The notes: generated by a model not told the origin, from the sequence alone. 64,000 bases of DNA from a candidate division FCPU426 bacterium (GCA_963738405.1 CAVTWJ010000023.1:192001-256000), one strand, 5' to 3'; counted from the first letter of the stretch, positions 29,036-40,920 are shown. Numbers and translations: made by a program.

Positions 29036-29506
29036 TTAAGAGGGGGCCGTTTCTTTTGAATTCTCCACAACATCTATTGGTTCAGTGGATGTTTGTTTAA
29101 CTTTCTTCGCCTTTTTTTCGGTCGAAGGCTCTACAGACTTTTCTTCAACAGGACGATCCACCATCTCCAGAAATACCATTTCAGCCCCATCTCCAGGGCG
29201 GAAGCCAAGCTTTAACATCCTGGTGTATCCACCTTTCCGTTGGGCGTAGCGGAAAATAAGGGTCTTAAAAAGTTTGTTAACCACTTCTCTTTCACGGACA
29301 AAACCTAATACTTCCCTTTTGGCGGCAAGGGTTTCCTTTTTGGCCGCAGTTATCATTTTTTCCGCGTAACGGCGCACTTCTTTCGCCCTGACTTTGGTCG
29401 TCTTGATCCTCTCGTGTTTTAACAACGAGGTCACCATATTTCTAACCATGGCTCTACGATGGGCGGGTTGTACACCCAATCTTCCATGGTGGGCTTTATG
29501 ACGCAT
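29036..29506 (-). CDS. rplQ: 50S ribosomal protein L17
   Basis: MRHK...HERIKTT, GGYTR. Confidence 0.97.
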   Translation of the reverse strand: MRHKAHHGRLGVQPAHRRAMVRNMVTSLLKHERIKTTKVRAKEVRRYAEKMITAAKKETLAAKREVLGFVREREVVNKLFKTLIFRYAQRKGGYTRMLKLGFRPGDGAEMVFLEMVDRPVEEKSVEPSTEKKAKKVKQTSTEPIDVVENSKETAPS

Positions 29507-29533
29507 TTGCTTCTCCTATCGTGTCTCGAAGGG

Positions 29534-30547
29534 TTAAACGGCGGCTTCCACGCGGGGAGGGGTTGTTGATTTTCCCTTCGCGAGGATTGAATCCACATCC
29601 ATTCCAAATGACAAGCCCATTCCACCAAGGATTTCTTTAATTTCGTTGAGGGATTTACGGCCGAAGTTTTTATATTTCAGCATATCCGTTTCAGTCTTGC
29701 GGACCAGATCCCCGATGGTTTTAATGTTTGCGGTTTTGAGACAGTTTGCCGAACGAACAGACAACTCCAGTTCCTCAACGCTTTCATTCAACAATTCGCG
29801 AAGGCGCTCTTCCTCTTCGCTCACGGCATCATCTTGAGCGGAAGGCTCTTCCTCGAAATTAATAAAGATCTGCACAGAATCGCGAATAATTTTCGCGGAA
29901 TGAGCCAGGGCATCTTCAGGATGGATCCGGCCGTCTGTCCAGATTTCAATGATAAGTTTATCGTAATCCGTCATTTGTCCGATACGAGCCGATTCCACAG
30001 AGTACTTCACCTGAGTTACAGGGGTAAATACGGAATCGATGGGGATCACACCGATAGATTGACCTTCCCGTTTGTTACGATCAGCAGGGGCATAACCTCT
30101 GCCTTCCGCGATCTCGATAACAACATCTAATAATGCGTCTTCTTCCGTTAAAGTTGCTAAATGCAGCTGCGGATTTAGGATTTCAACATCCGAATCAATT
30201 TGAATGTCCGCCCCTGTCACTTTCCGTTCACCCTTGACATTGAGTCTTAAAGTTTTAGCCCCTGTCCCAAACATTTTGATTTTAAGCTCTTTTAGGTTCA
30301 GGATAATTTCAGTGGTGTCTTCAACAATTCCCGGGATAGAAGAAAACTCATGAGAAACACCCTCAAACTTAACCGAAGTAACAGCGGCTCCAGAAATAGA
30401 TGAAAGCAGGATTCTCCTGAGCGAATTACCAATCGTATGGCCATAACCCCGCTCAAAGGGCTCGGCGATAAATTTTCCATAAGTCGGGGTTAAAGTTTCC
30501 TTTTCGTAATCAAGAAACTTTGGAATTTGAACGTTACCGATTTGCAT
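29534..30547 (-). CDS. rpoA: RNA polymerase alpha subunit
   Basis: [34 protein letters not shown]. Confidence 0.98.
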   Translation of the reverse strand: MQIGNVQIPKFLDYEKETLTPTYGKFIAEPFERGYGHTIGNSLRRILLSSISGAAVTSVKFEGVSHEFSSIPGIVEDTTEIILNLKELKIKMFGTGAKTLRLNVKGERKVTGADIQIDSDVEILNPQLHLATLTEEDALLDVVIEIAEGRGYAPADRNKREGQSIGVIPIDSVFTPVTQVKYSVESARIGQMTDYDKLIIEIWTDGRIHPEDALAHSAKIIRDSVQIFINFEEEPSAQDDAVSEEEERLRELLNESVEELELSVRSANCLKTANIKTIGDLVRKTETDMLKYKNFGRKSLNEIKEILGGMGLSFGMDVDSILAKGKSTTPPRVEAAV

Positions 30548-30574
30548 GATCCCTCCTACGCGGGTCTTTCCTGT

Positions 30575-31195
30575 TTACTTCGAATACAATTCAACAATGA
30601 GCTGTTCCTGCACCGGCAAGGCAATCTCTTCCTTGGTGGGCACCTTCTTGAAGACACCCGATAAAGTGTCCGTGTCTACCTCCATCCATTCAGGAACACC
30701 ACGTTTTTGAAGCTGTTCCATTGACTTCTTTAGGAAGACATTATCCTTATACTTTTCCGCAATCGACACTTTATCGCCCGCTTTGAGCGTATAACTCGGA
30801 ATATCAACTTTCTTCCCATTGACCAATACCTGACCATGGCGAACAACTTGCCGCGCTTGCGTCCTTGATTCCGCAAATCCCATACGGTAGATCGTGTTAT
30901 CAAGCCGCTGTTCAAGCAACTGAAGCAGCGTCTCGCCGGTGACGCCTTGTTTACGGGAGGCTATGACAAAATAACGGCGAAACTGTTTTTCAAATAAGCC
31001 GTAGATTCTTTTAACTTTTTGTTTTTCGCGCAATTGAAGACCATATTCCGTGTCTTTACGACGCTTCTGACCATGCTGGCCAGGCGCGTAACCACGACGT
31101 TCAAAGGCACACTTATCCGTTTCACAACGGGTGCCCTTCAAATAAAGTTTCATCCCTTCCCGTCGACAAATCCTACAAACGGATTGGTCACTCAT
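30575..31195 (-). CDS. rpsD: 30S ribosomal protein S4 (Zn-binding type)
   Basis: [27 protein letters not shown]. Confidence 0.97.
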   Translation of the reverse strand: MSDQSVCRICRREGMKLYLKGTRCETDKCAFERRGYAPGQHGQKRRKDTEYGLQLREKQKVKRIYGLFEKQFRRYFVIASRKQGVTGETLLQLLEQRLDNTIYRMGFAESRTQARQVVRHGQVLVNGKKVDIPSYTLKAGDKVSIAEKYKDNVFLKKSMEQLQKRGVPEWMEVDTDTLSGVFKKVPTKEEIALPVQEQLIVELYSK

Positions 31196-31207
31196 TCAAA
31201 AGCTCCT

Positions 31208-31651
31208 TTACACACGCCGGCGCTTGGGCGGCCGGCAACCATTATGGGGGACGGGGGTCACGTCCTTAATTATTGAAATTACCAGACCGCTGGTTTGAAT
31301 GGCGCGGATGGCGGCTTCACGGCCCGACCCGGGACCTTTTACAAAAACCTCAACTGATTTCATACCGGCATCCACGGCTTTTTTCCCTGCCGTTTCTGCC
31401 GCAACTTGTGCGGCAAAGGGTGTCGATTTGCGACTGCCTTTAAAATTCATCGATCCAGCCGAGGACCAAGCAATCACATTTCCCCGTGGATCCGTTATGG
31501 TGACCAAAGTATTATTAAAGGTACATTGAATATGTACCACGCCGTTACGTGGGGCCTTTTTCCCTTTTTTGGAAGCCGACGACGCGGGTGCTTTGTCCGC
31601 AGATGCGGGCACCTCAGCCTTCACGTCTTTCGATTCTGGTTTATCTGTCAA
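31208..31651 (-). CDS. rpsK: 30S ribosomal protein S11
   Basis: [25 protein letters not shown]. Confidence 0.97.
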   Translation of the reverse strand: MTDKPESKDVKAEVPASADKAPASSASKKGKKAPRNGVVHIQCTFNNTLVTITDPRGNVIAWSSAGSMNFKGSRKSTPFAAQVAAETAGKKAVDAGMKSVEVFVKGPGSGREAAIRAIQTSGLVISIIKDVTPVPHNGCRPPKRRRV

Positions 31652-31703
31652 AATCCATCTCCTTCATTTCCCGACATATAAGCGAGTTGCTTCAAAACTA
31701 ACC

Positions 31704-32084
31704 TTATTCTTCTTTTTTACGTCCGCTACCAACAGTCTTTTTCGGGCCCTTCCGAGTACGTGCGTTGGTCTTGGTTCTTTGTCCACGGACCGGAAGCCCC
31801 TTGCGATGACGGCTGCCGCGGTAAGTTCCAATATCAATTAAACGCTTGATGTTCATAGTAATTTCCCGCCGCAAATCACCCTCGACCTTGATATTTTCAG
31901 TGTTGAGGGTACTCGTAATGCGGGAAACTTCATCTTCTTTAAGATTTTTAACCCGCACATCGGGATTGACATTAGCTTTAGCCAATATTCGCTTCGCCAA
32001 ATTAGGTCCGATCCCATAAATATAGGTCAAACCCACTTCGACTCTTTTTTCTTTTGGCAAATCCACTCCAGCTATACGTGCCAT
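31704..32084 (-). CDS. rpsM: 30S ribosomal protein S13
   Basis: [28 protein letters not shown]. Confidence 0.98.
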   Translation of the reverse strand: MARIAGVDLPKEKRVEVGLTYIYGIGPNLAKRILAKANVNPDVRVKNLKEDEVSRITSTLNTENIKVEGDLRREITMNIKRLIDIGTYRGSRHRKGLPVRGQRTKTNARTRKGPKKTVGSGRKKEE

Positions 32085-32096
32085 AATTCTCCTCGA

Positions 32097-32210
32097 TTAA
32101 CCTTGGCGTTGCTTGTGCTTGGGATTAATGCAAATCACCCTTACGACGCCCTTACGGCGGATCACCTTGCATTTATCACAGATCGGTTTTACCGACGATC
32201 GAACCTTCAT
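32097..32210 (-). CDS. rpmJ: 50S ribosomal protein L36 (not in ORF track)
   Basis: Manual translation [37 protein letters not shown]. Confidence 0.97.
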   Translation of the reverse strand: MKVRSSVKPICDKCKVIRRKGVVRVICINPKHKQRQG

Positions 32211-32247
32211 TCGCAACCTTCTTTCAGTCTCTGTGGTTTTCAGTATC

Positions 32248-32466
32248 TCACTTGAACCGGTAAGTAATCCTGCCCCGATTCAAATCATATGGAGACAATT
32301 CCACCGTGACTCTGTCACCGGGTAGAATACGTATAAAGTTCATCCGCATCTTTCCCGATACATGAGCCAGAACTACATGCTTATTTTCCAGTTCCACGCG
32401 GAAACTAGCGTTAGGAAGGGCCTCAATGACCGTTCCTTCAACCGAAATCGCTTCTTCCTTGGCCAT
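32248..32466 (-). CDS. infA: translation initiation factor IF-1
   Basis: MAKEEAI...[15 protein letters not shown]...YDLNRGRI. Confidence 0.98.
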   Translation of the reverse strand: MAKEEAISVEGTVIEALPNASFRVELENKHVVLAHVSGKMRMNFIRILPGDRVTVELSPYDLNRGRITYRFK

Positions 32467-32484
32467 AAGCCTCCACCCCGAGGA

Positions 32485-33234
32485 TTATCCAACTCGGGTC
32501 AGGTTTTGAGGCCCCTCGGCCAAGACTGCGATGGTGTCCTCAAAATGGGCGGAGAATTTACCATCTTTCGTTACAACTGTCCAGCCATCCTCTAGAACCT
32601 TCACCTCATCTACCCCTAGGTTCACCATGGGTTCCAACGCTAAACACATACCCGCTATGATTCTGGCACCCTGGTTCGGACGCCCATAGTTGGGAACTTG
32701 CGGTTCTTCATGCATTGCCTGGCCAATACCATGGCCAACATAATCCTTCACCACGGAATAACCTTCATTTTCAACAAAAGTTTGAATCGCATGACCAATA
32801 TCGGAAATTCGATTCCCAACCTTTATCTGGTCGATTCCTAAATCTAAAGCCCTGCGCGTCACTTCGAGCAGCTTGGTTATTTCAGGGCTAACCCTGCCGA
32901 CTGCAAAAGTTCTTGCCGAATCCCCGCAATATCCCTTGTAAAAAGCCCCTAAATCGACCCCAACAATATCCCCTTCTTCCAACACCCTTTTATTGGGGAT
33001 GCCATGAACCACTTGTTCATTGATGGAGGCGCAAATGGTGGCCGGATATCCGTGGTAACCTAGAAAAGCCGGAACACAATCGTTCTTTTTTAAATAATCT
33101 GCGGCAAAACGATCTAATTCTCGAGTCGAAATGCCCGGCCTTATTTTTTGGCCGATTTCCAAGAGCGCTTCCCCAACCACCTTCCCGCTCACCCGCATCA
33201 GTTTTAATTCCGATTCGGTCTTAATCGTTATCAC
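32485..33234 (-). CDS. map: methionine aminopeptidase type I
   Basis: VVHGIP, GDSART, GHGIG...HEEP, SAHFEDT. Confidence 0.96.
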   Translation of the reverse strand: MITIKTESELKLMRVSGKVVGEALLEIGQKIRPGISTRELDRFAADYLKKNDCVPAFLGYHGYPATICASINEQVVHGIPNKRVLEEGDIVGVDLGAFYKGYCGDSARTFAVGRVSPEITKLLEVTRRALDLGIDQIKVGNRISDIGHAIQTFVENEGYSVVKDYVGHGIGQAMHEEPQVPNYGRPNQGARIIAGMCLALEPMVNLGVDEVKVLEDGWTVVTKDGKFSAHFEDTIAVLAEGPQNLTRVG

Positions 33235-33890
33235 AACCCTTGAGCCACCTTTTCCAGCACATCAATGATCCTGGGAAAGGAAAGAGAAAAAACATCCTCA
33301 CAGGAAACCCGTTTCAAAAGTCTCTGTTGATCATAAAAAGCGATTAAAGGTTCTGTATCCTTTTGATAGACAGCGAGTCGATTTTCAATGGTTTCCGGTT
33401 TATCGTCTGTCCGTTGAATCAATTCTTTTCCACACTTGTCGCAAACACCATCGCGGAGAGGTTTCATGGTTTCAATGTTATAGGTTGCGCCGCAATTCGG
33501 ACAAACCCGTCTTCCCGTGAGTCGGCGAATTAAGACCTGATGCCCAACCTCAATCTTTAAAACGCAATTTAACTTGATCTTCATCTCCTTCAACATTTCT
33601 TCCAAACTCTCCGCTTGGGGAACCGTTCTTGGAAAGCCATCCAGAATAAAACCCTTCTGAGCATCTTCCAGTTTTATTCTTTCTCGTATTAAACCAATCA
33701 CCACTGAATCGGGTACAAGTTCGCCCCGTTTCATAAATTCCTGGGCTTTCAACCCTAACTCGGTACCGGCCTTGACCGCGAAACGGAGCATATCACCCGT
33801 TGATATCTGCGGTATTAAATACTTTTTCACTAATTCCGCGGAATAAGTTCCTTTGCCCGCGCCCGGTTCACCTAAAAGAATAATTCTCAT
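33231..33890 (-). CDS. adk: adenylate kinase (Zn-lid)
   Basis: GEPGAGKGT, ISTGDMLR, LDGFPRT, CPNC...CDKC. Confidence 0.96.
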   Translation of the reverse strand: MRIILLGEPGAGKGTYSAELVKKYLIPQISTGDMLRFAVKAGTELGLKAQEFMKRGELVPDSVVIGLIRERIKLEDAQKGFILDGFPRTVPQAESLEEMLKEMKIKLNCVLKIEVGHQVLIRRLTGRRVCPNCGATYNIETMKPLRDGVCDKCGKELIQRTDDKPETIENRLAVYQKDTEPLIAFYDQQRLLKRVSCEDVFSLSFPRIIDVLEKVAQGL

Positions 33891-35230
33891 CAGAATGCGC
33901 TCCGTCCCTTCAATCGACCTTTTTTCATAAAACCATCGTAGTGGCGCATTAAGAGATGTGATTCAATTTGTTTCATCGTATCCAAAGCAACGCCAACAAT
34001 GATGAGAAGTGATGTTCCGCCAAAATAAATGGGAATATTCAGATTACGCGTGATCAATTCTGGGATAACCGCAACCACACAAACCGCCAAGGCCCCCCAA
34101 ATCGTAATCCGGGTTAATGTCCGATCAATAAATTCAGCCGTTTGCTGGCCAGGCCTGATTCCAGGAATGAACCCGCCATATTTTTTCATGTTTTCGGAAA
34201 GATCCGTCGGGTTAAAAGCAATGGCGGTGTAAAAATAACAAAAGAAAACAATCAAAAGAGAATAAAGACCGTAATAAATCACCGCACCTGGGGCAAAATT
34301 ACGCGTAATAAAATCCATTGCTTCATATGCCCAGCTTTGATCTAAACCTCTTTCAGAAAGAACGCCTTGAACATAACGTGCTATTTGCGCCGGAAAAACC
34401 AGTATGGAGGAAGCAAAAATGACGGCGATCACACCCGAATAATCCACTTTAAGAGGTAGTTGAGTTGATTGTCCTTTAAAAACCTGCCGACCTACTACTC
34501 GGGTGGCATATTGAACAGGTATTTTACGGGCACCCTGCTGAAGAATAACAATGAATGCGATGCTTGCGATTAGAAACGCGATGAAGAAGATAACTGAAAA
34601 TAAACTAACCGAACCAATTCGCACCAATCGGTAAGTAGCATTTAACTCACTCGGAAGTCCTGCCACTATCCCGGCAAATATGATTAAAGAAATCCCATTA
34701 CCAACCCCATATTCGGTAATCTGTTCCCCTAGCCACATAATAAAGATGGTCCCTGTTGTAAGCGCTAGTACCGTCATCATTTGAAATCCGATTCCCCAAT
34801 GATAAACGGCGTTATCACCAAAGGATTTTAAGAGGTAGGTGGTACCAGTTCCCTGAACAATGCAAAGACCAACAGTACCATAACGGGTATATTGGGTGAT
34901 TTTTCTACGGCCCATCTCCCCTTCTTTAGAAAGTTTTTCCAAAGTAGGAATAACAGCCGTCAATAATTGAAGAATAATAGACATGCTGATGTAAGGCATT
35001 ACGCCCAAAGCAAAAACGGAGGATTGTTTGAGGGCTCCACCCGAGAAGAGGTTAAGAAAACCTAAAATACCTCCCCCTTGACCTGAGAAATACTGGTTCA
35101 AGAAGGAAATGTTGATTCCTGGAATCGGAATATGAATGCCGACTCGATAAACAAGAAGAATCAAAAAGGTAAAAATAACCCTATTCTTAAGTTCAGGCAC
35201 CCGAAAGATATTGGCAAAAGCCGAAAACAC
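33890..35230 (-). CDS. secY: preprotein translocase SecY
   Basis: LGVMPYI, GVGNGISLIIFAGI, FIPGIRPG, GGTSLLIIVGVA. Confidence 0.98.
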   Translation of the reverse strand: MFSAFANIFRVPELKNRVIFTFLILLVYRVGIHIPIPGINISFLNQYFSGQGGGILGFLNLFSGGALKQSSVFALGVMPYISMSIILQLLTAVIPTLEKLSKEGEMGRRKITQYTRYGTVGLCIVQGTGTTYLLKSFGDNAVYHWGIGFQMMTVLALTTGTIFIMWLGEQITEYGVGNGISLIIFAGIVAGLPSELNATYRLVRIGSVSLFSVIFFIAFLIASIAFIVILQQGARKIPVQYATRVVGRQVFKGQSTQLPLKVDYSGVIAVIFASSILVFPAQIARYVQGVLSERGLDQSWAYEAMDFITRNFAPGAVIYYGLYSLLIVFFCYFYTAIAFNPTDLSENMKKYGGFIPGIRPGQQTAEFIDRTLTRITIWGALAVCVVAVIPELITRNLNIPIYFGGTSLLIIVGVALDTMKQIESHLLMRHYDGFMKKGRLKGRSAF

Positions 35231-35668
35231 TTACAAAACCTCCGGAGTTCCGCCAGCAGCTTTTATCTTTTGTGCCGCTGAAGCGCTGAAAGCATGGGCC
35301 TTGACGGTTAAAGAAACCTTTAATTCGCCCTCTCCCAAGACTTTCACCTGTTTTCCCGTTTTGATCAGACCTTTTTCCTTAAGTTCCTGTGGCGTTACCA
35401 AACTCGTGGCAGGAAAAATAGAAAGGGAACCTATATTTACGACTTCAAAGTAAACTTTATCTAAACTTTTAAAACCCCGAATCGGGAGTCTTCGATAAAT
35501 TGGAGTTTGTCCGCCTTCAAAGCCAGGGCGAACGCCCCCGCCAGTTCTAGAATTTTGACCTTTATTTCCACGAGTCGCCGTTTTTCCATGTCCGGAACCC
35601 GGGCCTTTTCCCACTATCTTTCTGCGTTTAACGGAGCCCTTTTTGGGCTTTAATTCTGTGATTTTCAT
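35231..35668 (-). CDS. rplO: 50S ribosomal protein L15
   Basis: GSGHGKT, GFEGGQTP. Confidence 0.97.
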   Translation of the reverse strand: MKITELKPKKGSVKRRKIVGKGPGSGHGKTATRGNKGQNSRTGGGVRPGFEGGQTPIYRRLPIRGFKSLDKVYFEVVNIGSLSIFPATSLVTPQELKEKGLIKTGKQVKVLGEGELKVSLTVKAHAFSASAAQKIKAAGGTPEVL

Positions 35669-35679
35669 AACAACGCCTT

Positions 35680-35856
35680 TTATTTTTGTATTTGTATGAG
35701 GTAATCGATTTTGGCCAGCATCCCGCGGATTACAGGCGTATCTGGTTTTTGAACGATTTGACGGATTTTTCGTAAACCTAGAGCTTCTGCAATCCGGACA
35801 TGTTGGGGTTGCCGGCCATTGAGGCTTTTAACCAGTTTAATTTTTAATTCGGTCAT
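35680..35856 (-). CDS. rpmD: 50S ribosomal protein L30 (not in ORF track)
   Basis: Manual translation [33 protein letters not shown]...DTPVIRGML; canonical position. Confidence 0.93.
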   Translation of the reverse strand: MTELKIKLVKSLNGRQPQHVRIAEALGLRKIRQIVQKPDTPVIRGMLAKIDYLIQIQK

Positions 35857-36365
35857 GATTTCACCGATCCGATAAGACTTTCAACGGTTTTGCCACGAAG
35901 GGCTGCAACCGTTTCGGGCGAACGAACCTCGCTCAAACCCTTTAAAGCCGCTTGAACAACATTAAAAACATTATCTGACCGAATTGATTTGGTTAAAACA
36001 TCGTGGATTCCAGCCAATTCGCAAACAGCCCTCACGCCCCCGCCGGCAATGATGCCAGTTCCTGGAGCAGCGGGCTTTAGAAGTACTCGAGAAGCCTTAA
36101 ACACCCCAACAACCTCGTGATATATGGTTCCTCCCTTAAGAGGGACCTGAATCAAATTTTTCTTAGAATCGTCCACAGCTTTACGAATGGCGTCTGGAAC
36201 TTCACTTGCTTTTCCTGTTCCGATTCCAACAAAACCATGGCCATCACCAACGACCACTAGAACAGAAAAACTAAATCGACGCCCGCCCTTTACGACTTTG
36301 GCGACGCGGTTGATATGGACCACTTTTTCTTTCAAATCAAGTTTGGATGAGTCTATTCGAGCCAT
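35853..36365 (-). CDS. rpsE: 30S ribosomal protein S5
   Basis: [24 protein letters not shown]. Confidence 0.98.
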   Translation of the reverse strand: MARIDSSKLDLKEKVVHINRVAKVVKGGRRFSFSVLVVVGDGHGFVGIGTGKASEVPDAIRKAVDDSKKNLIQVPLKGGTIYHEVVGVFKASRVLLKPAAPGTGIIAGGGVRAVCELAGIHDVLTKSIRSDNVFNVVQAALKGLSEVRSPETVAALRGKTVESLIGSVKS

Positions 36366-36377
36366 GGTATTCCTTCT

Positions 36378-36743
36378 TTAAAATTTCAAGCCGTTGGCAC
36401 GGGCCGCTTCAGCTAGAGCTTTAATTCGCCCGTGGAAAATGTAACCACCCCTATCAAAAACGACCAGAGCAATGGATTTGGCCTTGGCCAATTTTGCGAT
36501 TTGCTCTCCAACTATTTTTGCGGCTTGTATATTGCCGCCATTTTTCAATTGACCCCGTAACTGCTGGTCAAAACTTGCAGCCGCCACTAGGGTCACCCCC
36601 TTGGAATCATCAATGATTTGGGCTGTAATATTTTTTGCGCCTCGATGAACAACCAAACGAGGCCTTTCGGATGTTCCAGAAAGCTTTTTCCGTATCCGTT
36701 CGTGACGGTGTTTACGTTTATGATGTTGCAATTGCGACTGCAT
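36378..36743 (-). CDS. rplR: 50S ribosomal protein L18
   Basis: [18 protein letters not shown]. Confidence 0.97.
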   Translation of the reverse strand: MQSQLQHHKRKHRHERIRKKLSGTSERPRLVVHRGAKNITAQIIDDSKGVTLVAAASFDQQLRGQLKNGGNIQAAKIVGEQIAKLAKAKSIALVVFDRGGYIFHGRIKALAEAARANGLKF

Positions 36744-36758
36744 TCAGTTGCTCCTCTA

Positions 36759-37328
36759 TTATTTAGCGCCGGCTTTGCCGGTTGCGCCGGTTTTACCGAC
36801 CTTTTTGCGTACCCTCTCACCTAGATAACGAATTCCTGTTCCCTTATAAACCTCAGGGGGTTTTACCCTGCGAATTTTCGATGCGGTTTCGCCCACCAAA
36901 TACTTGTCAATTCCCTTCACTGTCAGAAGAGTTTGTTTTTCTATATCGACAACGATTCCCTTAGGCAATTCCATCACGACCGGGTGGCTAAACCCGAGGG
37001 TCATAGTTAATTTCCCTTTTTCCAATGACGCACGATAACCCACACCCTGGATTTCTAGTTTCTTTTCAAAACCTGCCGAAACTCCCACGACCATGTTTTT
37101 AACCAGCGCATGGATTAATCCGTGACGAGCTCCGGCTTCTTTCGTTTCACCTTGCAGTCCCTCAACCAAGGATACCTTTAATTGCTTGTCCTCGGTCTCC
37201 ACCTTTAATCCGGGAAGAATTTCCTGGGACAGGGAACCCTTGGGGCCATCCACTGTCACCCGATTTCCTTCAACCTTCACCTTTACCCCCGGGGGCAGAT
37301 CCATCGGTTTTTGGGCAATACGAGCCAT
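36759..37328 (-). CDS. rplF: 50S ribosomal protein L6
   Basis: GPKG, GVGYRA, PPEVYKGTGIRY. Confidence 0.97.
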   Translation of the reverse strand: MARIAQKPMDLPPGVKVKVEGNRVTVDGPKGSLSQEILPGLKVETEDKQLKVSLVEGLQGETKEAGARHGLIHALVKNMVVGVSAGFEKKLEIQGVGYRASLEKGKLTMTLGFSHPVVMELPKGIVVDIEKQTLLTVKGIDKYLVGETASKIRRVKPPEVYKGTGIRYLGERVRKKVGKTGATGKAGAK

Positions 37329-37352
37329 GACTTCTCCTAATTGATTAGCTTA

Positions 37353-37754
37353 TTAATGTACGAGGCAAAGGACTTCCCCGCCAACACCTTGTTGGCGAGC
37401 CTGTCGGTCAGTTAAAAGCCCCTTGGAAGTAGAAACAATCGCTATCCCCAAACCACCTATCACCTTTGGGACTGAAGATTTACCAGCGTAGTGGCGGCGT
37501 CCTGAACGGCTAACCCTGTCAATCCTCGAAATAACTCGTTCCCTTTTATCCCCGTATTTCATTGAAATACGAATGACGGAAGACTTTCCTTTTTCATCTA
37601 CCACTTTATAGTTCTTGATAAATCCCTCTTCCGAAAGAATTCGAGCGATTTCCAATTTTAATTTAGAAAGAGGTACATCAACCTTTTCTTTATACATATG
37701 GTTCGCGTTGCGAATGCGCGTCAACATATCCGCAATAGGGTCCGACATTGCCAT
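37353..37754 (-). CDS. rpsH: 30S ribosomal protein S8
   Basis: [23 protein letters not shown]. Confidence 0.98.
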   Translation of the reverse strand: MAMSDPIADMLTRIRNANHMYKEKVDVPLSKLKLEIARILSEEGFIKNYKVVDEKGKSSVIRISMKYGDKRERVISRIDRVSRSGRRHYAGKSSVPKVIGGLGIAIVSTSKGLLTDRQARQQGVGGEVLCLVH

Positions 37755-37768
37755 GATAATTTCTCCTC

Positions 37769-37954
37769 TTACCAGCTTGCTTTAACCACGCCGGGAATTT
37801 TCCCTTCACCGGCAAGGTTGCGAAAACAAATACGACACATTCCAAACTTTCGAAGATAGGCCCTGGGGCGACCACAAAGGTTACAACGGTTATAGGCCCT
37901 CACCTTGAATTTGGGTTTCAACTTTTGTTTGTTTATCAAACACTTTTTTGCCAT
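37769..37954 (-). CDS. rpsN: 30S ribosomal protein S14 (Zn type)
   Basis: RCNLCGRPR...CRICFR...PGVVKASW. Confidence 0.97.
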   Translation of the reverse strand: MAKKCLINKQKLKPKFKVRAYNRCNLCGRPRAYLRKFGMCRICFRNLAGEGKIPGVVKASW

Positions 37955-37962
37955 TGAATCTC

Positions 37963-38523
37963 CTAGTTTCTGAACGGCATTCCCATAAGTTTCAACAATT
38001 CTTTAGCCCTCTCGTCATCCTTCGCCGAGGTTGCAAAAGTGATATCCATCCCATGAATAGACTGAACGCTATCAAAATTAATTTCGGGAAAGATAATTTG
38101 TTCTTTCAAACCCAAGGTGTAATTTCCCCGTCCATCAAAGGATCGAGTGGGCACACCGCGAAAATCCCGGATGCGAGGAAGGGCTATCATAAAGAGCCGT
38201 TCCATGAACTGATACATTCGATCTCCGCGAAGAGTCACCTTCGCTCCGAGGGGTTGATTGGCCCTGAGTTTAAAATTCGAAATGGCTTTCTTTGACCGCG
38301 TGATAGAAGGTTTTTGGCCGCTAATCAACGTCAGCTCATCCACTGCCATATCTAGCAATTTAATGTTATTTTCCGAAGCCGCCTTCCCAACACAAACGTT
38401 AATCACGATCTTCTCTACCTTCGGAACCTGCATGATGTTCCCAATGCCAAACTTATTCATCAAAGCCGGAACGACTTCCTTGAAATACTTCTCTTTTAGG
38501 ATTGTACTTGTCATCGTGGCCAT
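37963..38523 (-). CDS. rplE: 50S ribosomal protein L5
   Basis: [20 protein letters not shown]. Confidence 0.98.
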   Translation of the reverse strand: MATMTSTILKEKYFKEVVPALMNKFGIGNIMQVPKVEKIVINVCVGKAASENNIKLLDMAVDELTLISGQKPSITRSKKAISNFKLRANQPLGAKVTLRGDRMYQFMERLFMIALPRIRDFRGVPTRSFDGRGNYTLGLKEQIIFPEINFDSVQSIHGMDITFATSAKDDERAKELLKLMGMPFRN

Positions 38524-38525
38524 CT

Positions 38526-38846
38526 TTACTTTTCCTTATCCAATATTTCACCGCATTTTTTACAAGCACGCACCTTTTGTCTACTTGCTAAGGCTTTATG
38601 AGCAACCCGTGTGGCTTTAGCGCATTTACCACAGACAACTTGAAGATTCGAAACATGAATCGGCGCTTCTTTTTCAAGAATCCCTCCCTGCGGAAGCTGT
38701 TGGTTGGGTCTTGTATGACGCTTCACTAAATTAATTTTTTCAACCAAAGCGGTTTCTGTTTTCGGGAAAAGCCGAATCACTCTCCCCTTTTTTCCACGGT
38801 CTTTTCCCGTAAGAACCATCACTGTGTCTTCCCGATGAACATGCAT
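38526..38846 (-). CDS. rplX: 50S ribosomal protein L24
   Basis: [16 protein letters not shown]. Confidence 0.97.
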   Translation of the reverse strand: MHVHREDTVMVLTGKDRGKKGRVIRLFPKTETALVEKINLVKRHTRPNQQLPQGGILEKEAPIHVSNLQVVCGKCAKATRVAHKALASRQKVRACKKCGEILDKEK

Positions 38847-38849
38847 GTC

Positions 38850-39218
38850 TTAAAGAACCTCCGGTGCCAGGGAAATAATTTTCATGAAATTCTTTTCGCG
38901 TAATTCGCGGGTCACAGGGCCAAAAATTCGAGTACCGCGAGGTGCCATCTGGTCATTAATGATGACAGCGGCATTCTCATCAAATCGGATATTGGAACCA
39001 TCGGGACGGGAAAGAATCCTCTTTTGCCTTACGACGACCGCCTTCACCACTTCGCTTTTTTTTACACCCGCACCCGGAATGGCCTCCTTGACAGTCGCCA
39101 CGATAATATCCCCTATCGCAGCATAGCGTCGCCTAGTGCCCCCTAGAACGTGAATGCACATAATTTTAGTTGCGCCACTGTTATCGGCCACATTCAACAT
39201 GGTTTGAGGCATGATCAT
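38850..39218 (-). CDS. rplN: 50S ribosomal protein L14
   Basis: [22 protein letters not shown]. Confidence 0.98.
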   Translation of the reverse strand: MIMPQTMLNVADNSGATKIMCIHVLGGTRRRYAAIGDIIVATVKEAIPGAGVKKSEVVKAVVVRQKRILSRPDGSNIRFDENAAVIINDQMAPRGTRIFGPVTRELREKNFMKIISLAPEVL

Positions 39219-39502
39219 ACTTTGGCCTCCTCAATCTCGACAGCCTTTTTAACTATCTTGAGAAGCCTCCAGTGTTTGTCAGCGCTGATGGGCCTTGTTT
39301 CCACTATTAAAACCACATCCCCTTTTTTGGTTTCGTTTTTAGGATCATGGATTTTAAATTTGCTCCGCTTGCGGATGAGTTTACGGTAGAGGGGATGTTT
39401 CACCACTCTTTCAATTGAAACCACAGCCGTCTTATCCATTTTTCGGCTTAATACGACCGCCGTTTTAACCCTATTTTCTTTTCGCTTCACATCCGTCTCC
39501 AT
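39215..39502 (-). CDS. rpsQ: 30S ribosomal protein S17
   Basis: KMDKT, HPLY, ETRPIS. Confidence 0.96.
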   Translation of the reverse strand: METDVKRKENRVKTAVVLSRKMDKTAVVSIERVVKHPLYRKLIRKRSKFKIHDPKNETKKGDVVLIVETRPISADKHWRLLKIVKKAVEIEEAKV

Positions 39503-39519
39503 GATTGTCCCTTCCTTTG

Positions 39520-39723
39520 TTAAGCCCTCGGGCCCTTCTCATTTTCCCGAAGAATCGTCTTTAACCGGGCCACCTGGCGTCGGGCTTCCCGAATCTTCAT
39601 TGGGTTCTCCAATTGTTTCGTTGACAGTTGAATTTTGAGATTAAAAAGCTCTTCTTCTTTACTTATGATCTGTTGTCTAAGCTGTTCGACGCTTAAATCC
39701 CGTATTTCTTTGGATTTCATCAT
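39520..39723 (-). CDS. rpmC: 50S ribosomal protein L29
   Basis: [15 protein letters not shown]; canonical position. Confidence 0.95.
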   Translation of the reverse strand: MMKSKEIRDLSVEQLRQQIISKEEELFNLKIQLSTKQLENPMKIREARRQVARLKTILRENEKGPRA

Positions 39724-40139
39724 GCGCCTCCCTGAGAGCGGGAAATATACTTAGTTTTCACCGGAAGTTTATGAGAAGCCAAAACAAAGGCTTCCTTGGC
39801 GATAGGTTCAGGACATCCACTGACTTCAAAAAGAATACGTCCAGGTTTCACTACGGCAGCCCAATGATCAGGGGCTCCTTTTCCACCACCCATACGAACC
39901 TCAGCGGGTTTACGCGTAATCGGCTTGTCAGGAAAAATACGAACCCAAAGCTTACCCACCCTTTTCATATGACGGTTAATAGCAACCCGTGCCGCCTCAA
40001 TTTGCCGATCGGTTACATAACTCGCTTCAAGCGATTTCAAACCATATTCCCCAAAGGCAAAAGCTGCCCCATTTTTAGTTTTTCCCCGCATACGGCCCTT
40101 CATGGTCTTGCGGTATTTGACACGCTTTGGCATTAACAT
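39720..40139 (-). CDS. rplP: 50S ribosomal protein L16
   Basis: [18 protein letters not shown]. Confidence 0.98.
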   Translation of the reverse strand: MLMPKRVKYRKTMKGRMRGKTKNGAAFAFGEYGLKSLEASYVTDRQIEAARVAINRHMKRVGKLWVRIFPDKPITRKPAEVRMGGGKGAPDHWAAVVKPGRILFEVSGCPEPIAKEAFVLASHKLPVKTKYISRSQGGA

Positions 40140-40154
40140 TTCGAATTCCTCGTT

Positions 40155-40892
40155 TTAAACCCTAGTTTGGGGCTTGGGTGATTTATTTTCAGTTTGACGG
40201 CGTTCACGATGGGGAGGCCTGGGTTTTGGCGCCGGTGTTTCTTCAACCATTTTGTCCTTAGCACCAAATATTTCCTTTTTAAAAACCCAACATTTGATTC
40301 CGATAATTCCATAGGTTGTTGTTGCCACGGCAACACCAAAGTCAATATCTGCCCGCAATGTATGAAGAGGAACCCTGCCCTCTCGATACCATTCGGTTCG
40401 AGCTATTTCGGCTCCTGCCAATCTTCCAGAACACATAATTTTGATGCCCTTAGCCCCTCCATCGAGTGCGCTTTGAATACATTTCTTCATAGCCCGGCGA
40501 AAGGCCACCCGTTTCTCCAACTGTCCCGCAACGTTTTCAGCGATCAATGTAGCATTAGTTTCAGGATGCTTTTCCTCGTTAATATTGATACGAACTTCTT
40601 TTTTCGTAAACTTTTGAAGTTCTTCTTTTAACTTATCAACTTCCGATCCTTTTTTGCCAATAACAATTCCAGGGCGGGAAGCAAAGATATCAACTTCGAC
40701 CGTTTCACCTTTCCGTTTCAAAACAACCTTTGCAATTCCGGCGTGTTTCAATCGCAATTTCACAAATTTACGTATTTCAATGTCTTCCAATAAAGTTTGT
40801 GTGTAGGTTGCCTTTCTAGCATTGAACCATACTGAATCCCAATCGCGGATGATTCCAACCCTCAATCCGATAGGGTTAATTTTTTGTCCCAA
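40155..40892 (-). CDS. rpsC: 30S ribosomal protein S3
   Basis: TTG start GQKINPIGLR, RPGIVIG, GRVPLHTLRA. Confidence 0.97.
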   Translation of the reverse strand: MGQKINPIGLRVGIIRDWDSVWFNARKATYTQTLLEDIEIRKFVKLRLKHAGIAKVVLKRKGETVEVDIFASRPGIVIGKKGSEVDKLKEELQKFTKKEVRININEEKHPETNATLIAENVAGQLEKRVAFRRAMKKCIQSALDGGAKGIKIMCSGRLAGAEIARTEWYREGRVPLHTLRADIDFGVAVATTTYGIIGIKCWVFKKEIFGAKDKMVEETPAPKPRPPHRERRQTENKSPKPQTRV

Positions 40893-40920
40893 AAGATCCT
40901 CCAAAAGCGTTTATTAAGAT

